From Phoronis australis (taxonomy: Eukaryota > Animalia > Phoronida), in assembly GCA_002633005.1 (NCBI GenBank), contig NMRA01000482.1, positions 77,462 through 141,461 of the forward strand: 64,000 nt of DNA, read 5' to 3'. The position numbers were made by a program, and so were the translations under genes. This document shows positions 50,255 to 61,757 of this stretch, piece after piece; position 1 is the stretch's first letter; each line of letters opens with the position of its first letter. The notes under the pieces were generated by a model that was not told the origin of the DNA, made no database searches, and saw nothing but the letters and a program-made list of their open reading frames with translations.

Positions 50255-51130
50255 TGAATGTACGTACACTACACAGGGGTACGTACACTATATTTCAGTG
50301 ACTTGTCAGGTTTATAAAAAATACTTAGAATTTACTGAGAGTTAGTTCGTTTATCAAATCTATTCAAAGAGAACAAATAAAAAGTACAGCATACATGTGC
50401 ATATCTGTCTGTCATTCTTTGAAAACCGGCATATGTTAAAATATAGGAGTACGTACACTACACAAATGCTAATATTTCAGTCAAAACAAATTTATTTGTA
50501 ATTAGCAAACATTGAACCTAGCATTTTTAATGGAGGAAACTTGTCTGTGACAAATGTTGCTTACTTACCGTGTAATAATTTTGTTTCATGGTATTTGTTC
50601 ACATCGAAGTACGTACACTACAAAGGGGTACATACACTACCTTTCAATGACATGTCAGGTTTGTAACTAAATACTAAGAATCTACTGAAAGTTAGTTGAT
50701 TTACTAAATTAATTCAAAGAGAAAAAAATAAGCACAGCATTCATGTGCATATCTGTCATACTTTGAAAATAGGCATAAATTAATATGACAGGGGTACGTA
50801 CACTACACAAATGCTAATATTTCACTCAAAACAAATCTATTTGCCATAAACACCTCTTAAACCTAACATTTTTAAAGAAGGAAATTGTCTATGACCACTG
50901 TTGCTCACTTACCAAGTGATATTTTAATTTCATGGCATTTGTAAACATGAGGGTACTTACGCTACAAAAGGGGGTACGTCATCACTATTTCTGCATCACA
51001 TGGCAACATGATGTTGTATGGCTATTTATTTTTCTTTGATGATAATGTTGTTATTTAAAAGGCAATAATTTCATTTGCAATCACCATTTGTGTTACTGAA
51101 TTCCACATAGGGGTACGTACATTACATTTT
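50255..51130. repeat. Degenerate ~350-bp tandem repeat (~2.5 units) with a recurring GGTACGTACACTACA motif
   Basis: Homologous blocks start near 50260, 50608 and 50952, with half-period motif copies near 50448, 50794 and 51112. Confidence 0.8.
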
Positions 51131-52167
51131 GTTGGCCTCGGGCCCATTTTCATAGCAGAACCCAGTCAATATCCAAAATTTTTGGTTTGGTTAGATATTG
51201 AATAATTTGCTGTGTTGATTAGGCTAACATATTCTGCATTTCTTTTTATTACAGAGTGCGAACTTTAGTTTTTAACCTTCTTTACAGTAGGTGAGGGTTA
51301 GGCAACACAGAATTTACAAATTTCGTAACGAGTGCCTGTTTTATGATGAACCCTACCATTTCTCAGTCAACGATTACAGACAACTTCATCAGTGATTCTG
51401 AAAGTGACTCAAGTTATTCCCAGTCATGTCTAAGCAATTGCTTAATGAAATAAATCTCTTTTCTACTGTTGACAGTTGAAACTTGCAATTTTTAACTGAC
51501 TACTCGTAACGCTAAATTCATGTGAAATTCATAGACAAAATCATGCATGAATTTCTCAAACATTGTCAGATTTTGATAATTCCTTTTTAAAATTCCACAA
51601 CTAAATAAATCTTTGCATATGAGATCCAGTTGGCATCAGTTTGGTTAGTGACCAAAGAAATTATTTTAGATCGTAACACAGTCAACTCTCGAATATGGAC
51701 CTTAACTGGTTTGGCAAACTAATAGCCGGCCCGCGGAACCCCGCCGGCGGGGCCCGCGGCAACGCCCCGGCTCACTACAAGTTGCGGGTTTTCTAATTGG
51801 ATCTTTATTCGCCTAATAGTATTTAATCTGTAATGAGTATTCTAAAAAGTTATCAAAAACAAATTGTGTTGTGCCCAGCTCGCCGGCTAGTGCGCGTGCG
51901 CCTGGATGAGACAAGGAACAGAATCACACTAACTTGTAGATCGACCTACAGTAGTCGAGTTCCTGAATTATTATTCAATGTGCCGGTGACTGGTGTTATG
52001 TTGGACGGTTGGCAGCCTCAACAAAGCGTAGACTATGCGAAATTTGTAGTTTCCCCTTTCGTTTTCCAATAAATCTTCACCCCAGATATTTTTGCACAAA
52101 AAGTTAAGGTGGAAAATCTATCGCCTTGTATGAACGGTTACCCGACTGGCATAACAAATCTACCGTA

Positions 52168-52200
52168 GCTTCACGGAGTCCGTGACGGACTCCGTGAAGC
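52168..52200. other. Perfect 16-bp inverted repeat (1-nt loop) ~360 bp upstream of the STK11 ATG
   Basis: GCTTCACGGAGTCCGT-G-ACGGACTCCGTGAAGC; an octamer-like ATTTGCAT follows at 52215-52222. Confidence 0.9.
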
Positions 52201-52563
52201 GTACATCCTATGATATTTGCATGACCCAGTTTTTATCGCGCCACAGCCTCGTCTTCAGACAGCAACAAACTTCTGTAAAAGAAAGTTTGATTTACAGTGC
52301 TCGACTATATCGTTTTAATGTACTTTTTGTTTTGTGTAATTATAACTAATTGAATGGTTAAGTTCAAATTTTATGTGTTTTTCATTTTGAATGCACTTTT
52401 TATTGATGTATTTTTGAAAGGTTCGGATGACCACTGCGATGAAATTCAACGCGTTTTAACCAGTTAATAAAACGCAACTTTATGTGTGCCATTTTTGAGT
52501 TTACAAAATGGGTTAGGTTTGAGTTACACCTTCTTCTTGTTTTGTAAAATTTACACCGCAAAC

Positions 52564-52904
52564 ATGAGTGCACGCGATGAACAATGCGTCATGAATGAAG
52601 AAACGGACGGGTACAACCATCCGGCAGTGCAATCGGCGGACCCCATTCGTTTCATGAACGATGATGACGATTGCTTGGAACACCTGCTTTTTCACCGTGT
52701 GGACTCCAATGAAATTATGTTTGCACCGAAGTCAAGGAAGCCGAAAATGATCGGAAAATATCTAAAAGGTGACACTCTGGGAGAAGGATCGTACGGTAAA
52801 GTAAAGGAATTTTTGGACTGTGAAACACTGTGTCGGAGAGCAGCCAAAATTTTGAAGAAAAAGAAGCTCAGAAAAATTCCAAATGGAGAACAAAATGTGC
52901 AAAG
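52564..52904 (+). CDS. STK11: Serine/threonine kinase STK11/LKB1, coding exon 1
   Basis: [72 protein letters not shown](R) is the LKB1-diagnostic N-lobe; donor AG|gtaaat. Confidence 0.97.
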
Positions 52905-53565
52905 GTAAATTCAGAAGATTTTTTAGTTACGCATCTGATGATGTCTCATATGAAGTGAGCTGATTTTCAGAATCATGGATCTCTTCCACTAACTAGTGCT
53001 TACCATCTGAGCTTGGGTGACTCCTGTGAATATTCTTTTGCAGACGGGTTACGTGTCTAGGGCAGCTCAGATGGCGGCTCACTTACCAAAACCACGTAGC
53101 CTTTTTTGGCGAATTATGTCCCTAGAAACCCCAAATTTAAATGATGATGCTGTAGTAATAACCGAGATTACCCGAACCAGCGACCCCCATAAAACCGGCA
53201 AGCATGCTAACCATTCAGCTAATAGGCAATTGCCTGTTAGCGAGTAGCTAACAGAGGCTCATATAATTCACCGGAAACACATCTACAACAATGCACAGCA
53301 GACAGAATTCGTGAAATATTTACTTATTTCACAGAATAGAGGTTTTTGACAGAATTTGCATATTTTATTAGAAGATACACATACCTGCAGCGCCATCTAT
53401 AATCCATCATACTACACAAGCAACTCGACAATTGAGACAGTACCGTTATCTCAACTGTCTCAGAAGAGACGCTAGCGTAGTTTATCTGCCTTGCATAGAG
53501 CTCAAAGTTATTCCTTGACTATTTTCTTAGTGAAATGACGTATTATATCTTTTATCAATTTCCAG

Positions 53566-53649
53566 AGAAATTCAACTTTTGAAGAGACTCAAGAACAAGA
53601 ATGTCATTCAATTGGTCGATGTCCTATACAATGAGGAGAAACAAAAGAT
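53566..53649 (+). CDS. STK11: STK11 exon 2 (84 nt)
   Basis: ttccag|A GAA ATT CAA..; [27 protein letters not shown](M); followed by the U12 donor ATATCCTTT. Confidence 0.97.
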
Positions 53650-55584
53650 ATATCCTTTGCCCACTTTGGTTTCTGTGTAGAACTTCAGATCACCAGATTC
53701 TGAACGTATCACAAGTTCTTTGTTTTCAATTGAGTCTAAATGAGAGGTGTCAACCTTCTTGTCTTGCTATTCAACCATCTAGCATCCGCTGCTGTATCTG
53801 CTAAACCCCTTGCAGAATCATTGTGAAATGTGCCAAGTGCACTCCTATGAATATGCTAACAGATGACAGCTTCTTTCAGATAGGTCCACTACTGCTGTAC
53901 CTCGTGGACGTTCTATTTTTTGTATTTACCTCAGCAGCTTTGGAGTTCCTGGTGAGATTTTCGTGAAATTTGACTAGCTTTCTATTAGGGAGATGACGAG
54001 TCCTTCCCATTTTCAGACGTTTTCGTAATGTTCTCATTATAAGTACAGTGATAATATCATTATACTAAATTAGCTGTGTCGTACTAGTGTGTGTGCGCAC
54101 ATGCGTGTGCCTTATTCCACCTTCAGTGTCGGAAAATGCTGCACACATAATTATAGTACTATTTTTTTAAGCCAATTAGTGTACTAGCCCGATTTTGGCA
54201 AATGTCATACACACAACTTGATGGCTGTTTGAAGGCTACTCTCGAGTTCCGAATAATAGCAGAGACAGCAATAATAGTATAGACTGGAAAATTTCATGAT
54301 TTCGAATAATAGGAGAGACTAATAGACACAACATTTTTGCCACTAGAAAAGTAGAATAATAGTATGGACCGGAAATTGTCGGAAAAACTAATAATAGTAT
54401 AGAGTGGAATAATGGTATAGACGGCAAATTTGTGGAAATTTAAACATAGTATATACTGAAATAATAATTGATTACAAATTTAGGTAAAATCTAGTAATGA
54501 AATAGAAGGGAATAATAATGCACAACAGCAAATTCTAGGGAATAGTGGTTATAGACGGGAAATTTGTAGAAAATTAAAAATAGTATAGTCTGGAATAATA
54601 ACATTGATTACAAATTTGCGTAAAATCGGTTCGGCACCGTTCATTAATTGCACGGGTATTTGCGCTTCATTGACTGGCCGCTTTATCACCACGGTCCGGA
54701 TCTGTAGTTGGATTATTTGTCGTACCAGCATCTGAATTAATGTCTGTATCTGGAACATCTCTTGGTTTGTAAAATAATCCTCGAATTCTTTAGGCCTTTG
54801 AGCGGCAGACGATATGATTAAGTATACATTGTAGAATGCGCGTGTCAATAATGACGGAAACCACTGATGACACTGGCTGTGCAAAATCCCGGAATTGTTC
54901 CCCTGGAAACGCAAACTTCGGGGACAGACACAGTGAAGAGTTGTAACGGCTTGCCAGTTTTTCACTGGGTGCAATCATAACTATTGGATCACCCAAAGAA
55001 ACTCGTCAAAAGTGTTTTTATTGATATGTATGTTGATCTGCCGGTCCCTATTTCTTTGAGCGACTGCCGACCAGCCGTTAATATTGAGAAAGTGGTCATC
55101 ACTTCAAGCTTTTTTAAATTTTGCCAACACTTTCTTAATTCTGACCGATCCAACAGACGGCCGCTGCGTAAACCCTCACTTGGGAGTCATGTATGACATG
55201 TAACTTCCGTGTGTAACGCGGAGCCGTATATAGCTCTTCTAAATTAACACTGAGTGTCTCATGGTCTAGAGGTTTAGAGCGAAATGTACTTCATCTTATG
55301 ACCTAGGTACGATGCCTGATGTGCAAAGTTTTTGTGTATCAAATTTGTATTGTATGAAACAAAAATTGTGAACTTGCTGAATCAAATAATTGTGGAGAGC
55401 GGAGAAAGGTTAAAAAATTAATGAACGTAGAGAACCGAATAAGTGTCGTGTAGACCGAAAACCGAGTCTGAAAAAATAATCAAATAGATATGGCTATTCG
55501 GAACTCGAGAGTACGGTAGTTGGTTTCACAGCATGTGACCCAAAAGCTACCATCTCTTATGTTCAGTTTCTTTAACCTTGTCAC
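53650..55584 (+). other. U12-type (minor spliceosome) AT-AC intron 2 of STK11
   Basis: 5' end ATATCCTTT; branch-point TTTCTTTAAC at 55567-55576; 3' end ..TCAC|. Splicing restores KQKM/YMVLEYC. Confidence 0.95.
54255..54620. repeat. Degenerate AT-rich short-period repeat inside the U12 intron
   Basis: Recurring AATAATAGTATAGA(C/G)TGGAA and ATTGATTACAAATTT blocks. Confidence 0.6.
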
Positions 55585-55674
55585 GTATATGGTTTTGGAA
55601 TACTGTGTTGGAGGTCTACAGGAGATGTTAGAGAGTGTTCCTGACAAAAAGTTTCCGCTTTGGCAAGCACACAT
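55585..55674 (+). CDS. STK11: STK11 exon 3 (90 nt)
   Basis: [29 protein letters not shown](M); donor AT|gtgagt. Confidence 0.97.
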
Positions 55675-56169
55675 GTGAGTATGGTGGTACTTAGTGCTAA
55701 AAACTTTTGTTGTTAAGATTTGAGGTATTGTGTATAGCTTCGTAAAATAATGAATGAATCCAGGCAAAAAATAAATATGTTATAAAATGCACTAAATCAT
55801 TTCAAGGTTAGCCGAAAGCTTTGCTTTGTTTGTAATTTTGCCAATATTTAACGAGAAGGATTTTTGTTGACTTTTTGAAATCTACTGGTGGGGCATTAAA
55901 TTTCTGGAGTTCAGGTTGTATAGAAGAGCACTGTTTGATCATTGGTATCGGAATATACTAGGCCAGTATTTTTTATTTCTCGTTGACAATCTCACTGACC
56001 GTCTTCATTAATTAACATCAATCTCGGATGTTACATAGTTGGCAATGGATGGAGTACTAATACTATACCAGTTTTTGGACACAAAACTGGAATGTCTTTG
56101 TTGAAGCATTTCATTGACATTTACAAACAAAAACATTATAACCTAATAGATTTCATTGTACTCTTACAG

Positions 56170-56302
56170 GTATTTCATACAGCTTATTGACGGTCTCGAG
56201 TATCTTCATAGCAAGGGAATCATCCACAAAGACATAAAACCGGGAAACCTGCTCCTAACCACAAGTGAAACGTTGAAAATTTCAGACTTAGGAGTAGCCG
56301 AG
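56170..56302 (+). CDS. STK11: STK11 exon 4 (133 nt), catalytic loop
   Basis: [44 protein letters not shown] contains the LKB1-type HKD and DLG; cttacag| ... |gtatat. Confidence 0.97.
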
Positions 56303-57099
56303 GTATATCAATGTCACTCGATATCAGTTTAAGAATGCAAAACCACCACAATGAGAAATTCAAAAGGTTCCCACACCAATAAACAATTTTTTTTGAATAT
56401 GGTGTTGCTTTTGGCTAAAAGTGATTTTGAGTCTGGTATAAGTGTTCGTCAGGTAATGACTAATCTGTTTTGGTGAAAAGATTCCCTATTAGTTTTATTT
56501 GTACAGTAGACTTGACAGGTTTTGGCAGAGCTCTGTCTGACTTGGATAAAGTTTGTAACCGAATTACTTGGCAGTTTAATCTAACTGATCTTTAGTCTAA
56601 GTTTAAAGCGACTTTAATCCCGCATTACATCAAACAACTTTTGATATAGACCACTTACCATTATGAAGTTAGTCTCAAATTGTTATTTTTAGTCAATTTG
56701 GACATGATTTTAAGGCTTGAGAAGAAGTGACTGGTTGCTATGGCTTGAGAGCAGGCTCTACAACTTGCATTGCATGACGTGTTATTTTAATTGCCGATAG
56801 TCTCAGTCAGTAACAAGCTGTCAGTTCTTTGTAAACTCAGATATCCCTTCTCGTCTTGAGTAACGACCAGTTTTTTGGTAGTAAGTGATCTAATTTGAAT
56901 GTTAGCTTCTTTCACTCAACGTGAGATTATAGTCACTTCAACATGACATTATTGTGCATAGCCACCCACTATTTGCTAGTTTTCAATGGACTTGCAAGCT
57001 GAATTGTTGCGAATTTGACTTACTATTTAGAGAAGCACCAGTCAAGATTTTGTTTACGTGGCATTCTCAGCAAGAAAAGTTATTTAACAGGAAATTAGA

Positions 57100-57165
57100 A
57101 GTGGCGTGGAATCGAACCCACTAGCTCCGCCTTGGCAGCCGAACGCTATGCTGCTGAGCCATATA
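57100..57165 (-). mobile_element. tRNA-derived SINE head (intronic)
   Basis: Reverse strand reads TGGCTCAGCAG..AGCG.. and B-box GGGTTCGATTCC. Confidence 0.55.
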
Positions 57166-57405
57166 CCACACGATAAGTTGCAGAGTATTTTAAGCATGTG
57201 CATATCGCCTTTATCTTAGCAAATGTCTGGCAGGCAATGGTGAGGTTGGTGATTTGTAATAAAATGACAAGAACAAAACAAGTTTTGTTTGGTCATTTAG
57301 TCACAGTTTTGTGCCTCAAACTTTTGTGAAGTTTAATGTTGTCCAGTTCATTTTAAAAACCACAGTACTACTGAGTTAAATCCTGCCTTCTTCATTGTTA
57401 TTCAG

Positions 57406-57542
57406 TGTCTGGATCAGTTCGCTGTCGATGACACATGTCGCACAAGTCAAGGATCACCGGCCTTTCAGCCTCCTGAAATAGCCAATGGCGAGGACACGTT
57501 TTCGGGTTTCAAGGTTGACATCTGGTCATCTGGCGTCACGCT
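57406..57542 (+). CDS. STK11: STK11 exon 5 (137 nt)
   Basis: [45 protein letters not shown](L); ttcag| ... |gtgagt. Confidence 0.97.
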
Positions 57543-58249
57543 GTGAGTAGTTGACCCTTTGATTATTCATTATTTTGAAGGTGTGGTAAGTTCAGAGGGC
57601 AAAGCGTTAATCTGGCTTACCCTGTTTATAGACCGGCCTCAGATACTTGATTAAAAAATTATTCGGGTATAGCAGATAAGTGTGATCACTATGACTGAGT
57701 TGTCAGACCAGATCCTCAACACTAAACTTGACAACTATTGTTGTGTTCCACTCGGCCATACCAACACTAGAATCCACAGTGATCGTTTCTTTCACACTAC
57801 GGCTGCCTGCGTTGATACAATGCTAATTTACTGCGGAATATATGACCTTATCTGCATAGAGCCTGGAGTTTCTTAAGCTTTTTGTTATCTCTTCAACAAA
57901 ATCAGAAGTTAAACCGGGCAGAAACGACAGATCACTTGTTCACGCAGTGGATGCAGTCATTACGTGCCATGCTTAGCCTCACTTTTGTATTCCTCAGGTT
58001 TTTAAGAATTGCTTCCCTGGATATTTGAATATTATTGAGATTAATGTAATTTGTGTTTCTTGTGAAGACAGTGGTTAGGATAATCTTAGATTGAAGCATT
58101 TTGTCATTTGAATTACAGCAAAACAACTCTACCTCAAAATCGTTTCACAACCTAAGCTTATGTTAAATGCTAAAACCTGCTGAAAACAAGCTGTCATTCT
58201 GTATGGAACACTTGATTGTCAAATTGCATGAATTTATGGTTCAGATCTG

Positions 58250-58527
58250 ATTTGAAGTGTCTAGACTGATATTGGTGCTTAGTCCTAAACCTAAATTCCT
58301 TTGTACTTCTAGCTACAATATAACAACAGGGCTATATCCATTTGAAGTGTCTAGACTGATATTGGTGCTTAGTCCTAAACCTAAATTCCTTTGTACTTCT
58401 AGCTACAATATAACAACAGGGCTATATCCATTGAAAGTGTCTAGACTGATATTGGTGCTTAGTTCTAAACCTAAATTCCTTTGTACTTCTAGCTACAATA
58501 TAACAACAGGGCTATATCCATTTGAAG
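58250..58527 (+). repeat. Three tandem 90-bp copies of the intron-5/exon-6 junction of STK11
   Basis: Period 90 (58261, 58351, 58441). Each unit holds the branch/pyrimidine tract, AG and the first 35 exon nt; the copies differ at a few positions. Confidence 0.97.
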
Positions 58528-58620
58528 GGGACAACATATTTAAACTGTTTGAAAATATTGGTAAAGGTGAATTCTCCATACCAAACACAGTCGATGCGAA
58601 TCTAGCCGATTTACTAAAAG
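58493..58620 (+). CDS. STK11: STK11 exon 6 (128 nt if the distal acceptor is used)
   Basis: [42 protein letters not shown](G); donor G|gtaaga. Confidence 0.93.
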
Positions 58621-58918
58621 GTAAGAACTTTCTTTCATAATAAAGTGGTTTTTAATATAAATCCATTTGTCCTCTAGTGTTCAATATTGCTTTTTATTTA
58701 TTTTACACCCAACATTCTCAAAGTGATATCACAGTACCTATCATCAGAATTATGTGAGTGTCAGTTTCCAGTCTTTTCTGTCTATGGCTTTCTCTGAACA
58801 AACACTTTACTGTTATGTGTCCTGTGTGAACTTAAAATTCAATCTGGAAGTCACTCAATCTTTGATCAGCTTGAATTGATAATAATGAACAAATTAAAGT
58901 TATACTTGTTTCTTTCAG

Positions 58919-58976
58919 GAATGCTAGCATTTGAGTCCACCAAAAGGTTTTCTGTTGAAGACATCCGCCGTCACGA
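58919..58976 (+). CDS. STK11: STK11 exon 7 (58 nt)
   Basis: ttctttcag|GA; (G)MLAFESTKRFSVEDIRRH(D); donor |gtgagt. Confidence 0.95.
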
Positions 58977-59589
58977 GTGAGTGTTTTTTATTGTCCATTG
59001 TCCACTGATATAGATTAATACTCTGTTTCATTTAGGTTCACCAAAGTGTACTGTTTAACCAGAAATAAAAACTCTGCAGTTTTTTTGTGTACTCAGATGA
59101 CTGTACAGTACAGGCCAGACGACAACGACAATATACTGTGTCCACGTCATGGGGGTCGATTTTGTGTGCAGATTCTTTCTGCTGCATAGGAAATTGACGC
59201 ATTCTAATGGCTGTAATCTATCACAATCTTCTGATGCTGCCACAATGGCCCATTATAATATAAATTAACCGAGCATGTTGACCTAATTTTCAATGTACGC
59301 AGACATGTTGTTTTTCTGTTAACCTGTTTTTCTGCAGTGAGTTAAAAGATCTGTTACTTAAAAAAACACACCTTTCATGCTCACAATCTATCTGGCACTT
59401 CACAAAAGAATTTTTGTCATTTTCTTTTCAACTGATAGGCATAGCTTATCGTCATTTCATTGTCTGAACTAACAAAATTTTTCTGTGACTTTTGTGTAAT
59501 GGCTTCTTTATTTTATTGTTATGTAGTTTACAGCCAAATATCCTTAGACCATGTACCAGGCTGACACCAGTATCCTTGTCATAGATTTC

Positions 59590-59849
59590 AAAATATGACC
59601 CTAAAGAATCAAGAAGGAAAATGCATGCTCTCGCGTGGCTGCAAAGATAGGAACGGCGTCATATCTGACAGCCATGCCAAGAAACTGTGAACCTTGACGG
59701 ATCAGTTCACAGCGTACGGGTTGCCTGGAAGCCGTTTTTATTTTGTTTGTCTTGCGTGATCGCATGATGCAAATTCCTTTACTGTAGGTGACGACTATTG
59801 GGTATCAAAGCAAGGTGAATTTTACAGCTGTAAACATGGGTCATATTTT
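59590..59849. mobile_element. Possible small MITE in STK11 intron 7
   Basis: 12-bp inverted repeats AAAATATGACCC / GGGTCATATTTT bracket a more GC-rich segment. Confidence 0.45.
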
Positions 59850-61138
59850 AGCTAATGAATGCTGAAGTTTCAAGAGTTATTGATCCCTATGATAATTAAG
59901 ATGCACATGTCACTTTTTAGGCAGTAAAACTACTATGAATGAAAAAGTCACAAGAGCTAGAAAAAGCAGATGTTGATTTAAGAATTTGGGGAATATTTTT
60001 GCACATGGATGGATATTTAAAAGGAAGAGTAACGGGGGCATCAACTTGGGATTTTTGCACCTTAGTCCTGGACATCATGGAGATTTGAATGTGGGCCGTC
60101 TAGTGGGTCCGTCGTCAGTCTGCAGTTTTTTGCTTTCGTTATTATGTCTGCTTCTACTGAACGATAACAGCAATTCGAGTCAGAGATTTTGCATGCGTTA
60201 TAAACTGGCAGAAACACAGCACTGACAGAAGCGACTCTGTAATTTTTGTTCATCTCGAAGGTTCAGTGTGACCCGGAGATCGCGCTTACTTGTCAATCAT
60301 CGGTAACTGCAGATATCCTCAGGAAATATCATAGGATAATCAAGAAGTGAAACCAATGATGTTAATTTTTATATCTTACAACATTCTAAAACTGCATCCA
60401 CTGTGACGCATAGTGAGCTCAGTATGCATCTTGTTTACCTTAATTTCTGTCAATTTTACACAAAACAGACTTAAGCAACACCACTACAAAAATGTGATCT
60501 ATTCTCATGGACAGCAATTCTTGTCTTACAAACACATTTCTGTTCTCATGGACCACAAGTCTTGTCCATCTCTAGAAAGAGCCATGAGTTATTTCCTGTG
60601 CTTGATACTGTGTAACAAAACTGTCTGTAAAGTGCAACTAGTTATAATAGTGGTTTAAGTGGAACGAAATAATGAATTGTGGTGGAGATGAAAGCAAATA
60701 ATTTTATTTCATGACAAAAATGCACTTGACTAGAATGCCTGAGTAGTTTGCGAGAGTGGAAGTGCTTTGGACATAGCAGGCCCGTCCTGAAATAGCCCAG
60801 CACCACTCTCATTCAAATGTATTTACCCACAATGCAAGACATGACACATGTCAAGCACTGATCCTGCTGAAATCCTCATTGTTGCTTTCTGTTATGATTG
60901 TATTGCAGGCAAACTTGACGTATGAATTGGTTTCAAAAAGGCAAATATCAAAGGTAGCTTAATTTGCTTCCCTTGTTAGTCAACTCAGAAGTGGCTGATA
61001 TTTTGGGTCAGCCACGCAATGGTCTTTTCTACCCCCCCGCAAAAGAGTAGGATGTTGTCTTTGAATATACTAAAGATCATAATATTCATTTTCTTCATTG
61101 GTTCAGATACAATGTCATCCCCATTCCGCGTGTTTTAG

Positions 61139-61377
61139 TTGGTGTATCCGTCACCACCCTCGCACCCCTGAGTACGTGCCTCTGCCCCCTCTGCCGGAGA
61201 CCGAGGATGTCCTGCGTAGCATGACAGTCGTTCCGTATCTGGAGGCATTGCATGCTGATGATCTGGATGACGATGAAGTATCACAGCAGCATCAACTGCA
61301 ACATGAGTTCCAGGCCGGGCCAAGAGGTGGCGAGACAATCATCGTCACTAACCCCGACAACTCGGAGAAGAACAAAG
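61139..61377 (+). CDS. STK11: STK11 exon 8
   Basis: gttttag|T; WCIRHHP..VPLPPLPETEDVLRSMTVVPYLEALH contains the conserved LKB1 RSMTVVPYLE motif. The 3' boundary G|gtttat is less certain. Confidence 0.88.
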
Positions 61378-61623
61378 GTTTATTTTGTAGTTTTCTTTCT
61401 GTTTTCATTGATCATTGTTAGATTCATTGCCAGTGTCGGTGAATAACAACTAAGTTATTTTGTTATTGATTGTATTATAGTCAAAGTATTTCAACAGGAG
61501 TTTGGGCGACCTCAGAGTTCATTAGGCGACCTGAGATTTTCGCTTAGTCGCTTAATGCAACTTGGCGTCAAACTAGGTGTGGGGCGCTGTAAATAAAATC
61601 TGTAACTATTTAACACACTTCAG

Positions 61624-61757
61624 CACCAGAAGAGCCTGAGCAAACGACAAGCAATAACGCCAAGGCAGCAGATAGCGCCAGTGACCCGGCTGTCACCAAA
61701 ATGAGGCGGAAAGGTCACGGAAAGAAGCCTAAAAAGAGTGCCTGCAAACAGTCCTGA
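61624..61757 (+). CDS. STK11: STK11 exon 9, basic C-terminus with CAAX box
   Basis: acttcag|CA; (A)PEEPEQ..KMRRKGHGKKPKKSACKQS* (compare vertebrate SACKQQ). Confidence 0.93.

Noticed and set aside
52486-52563. ORF-track N-terminal extension of STK11 from a GTG
   Set aside because: A non-ATG start in T-rich 5' sequence; ATG 52564 (AACATGA) is the first plausible eukaryotic start.
59538-59578. Two U12-donor-like 8-mers (ATATCCTT, GTATCCTT) 32 bp apart in STK11 intron 7
   Set aside because: Exons 7 and 8 join correctly through GT-AG sites, no matching exon or U12 branch site was found, and such 8-mers occur by chance in AT-rich DNA.
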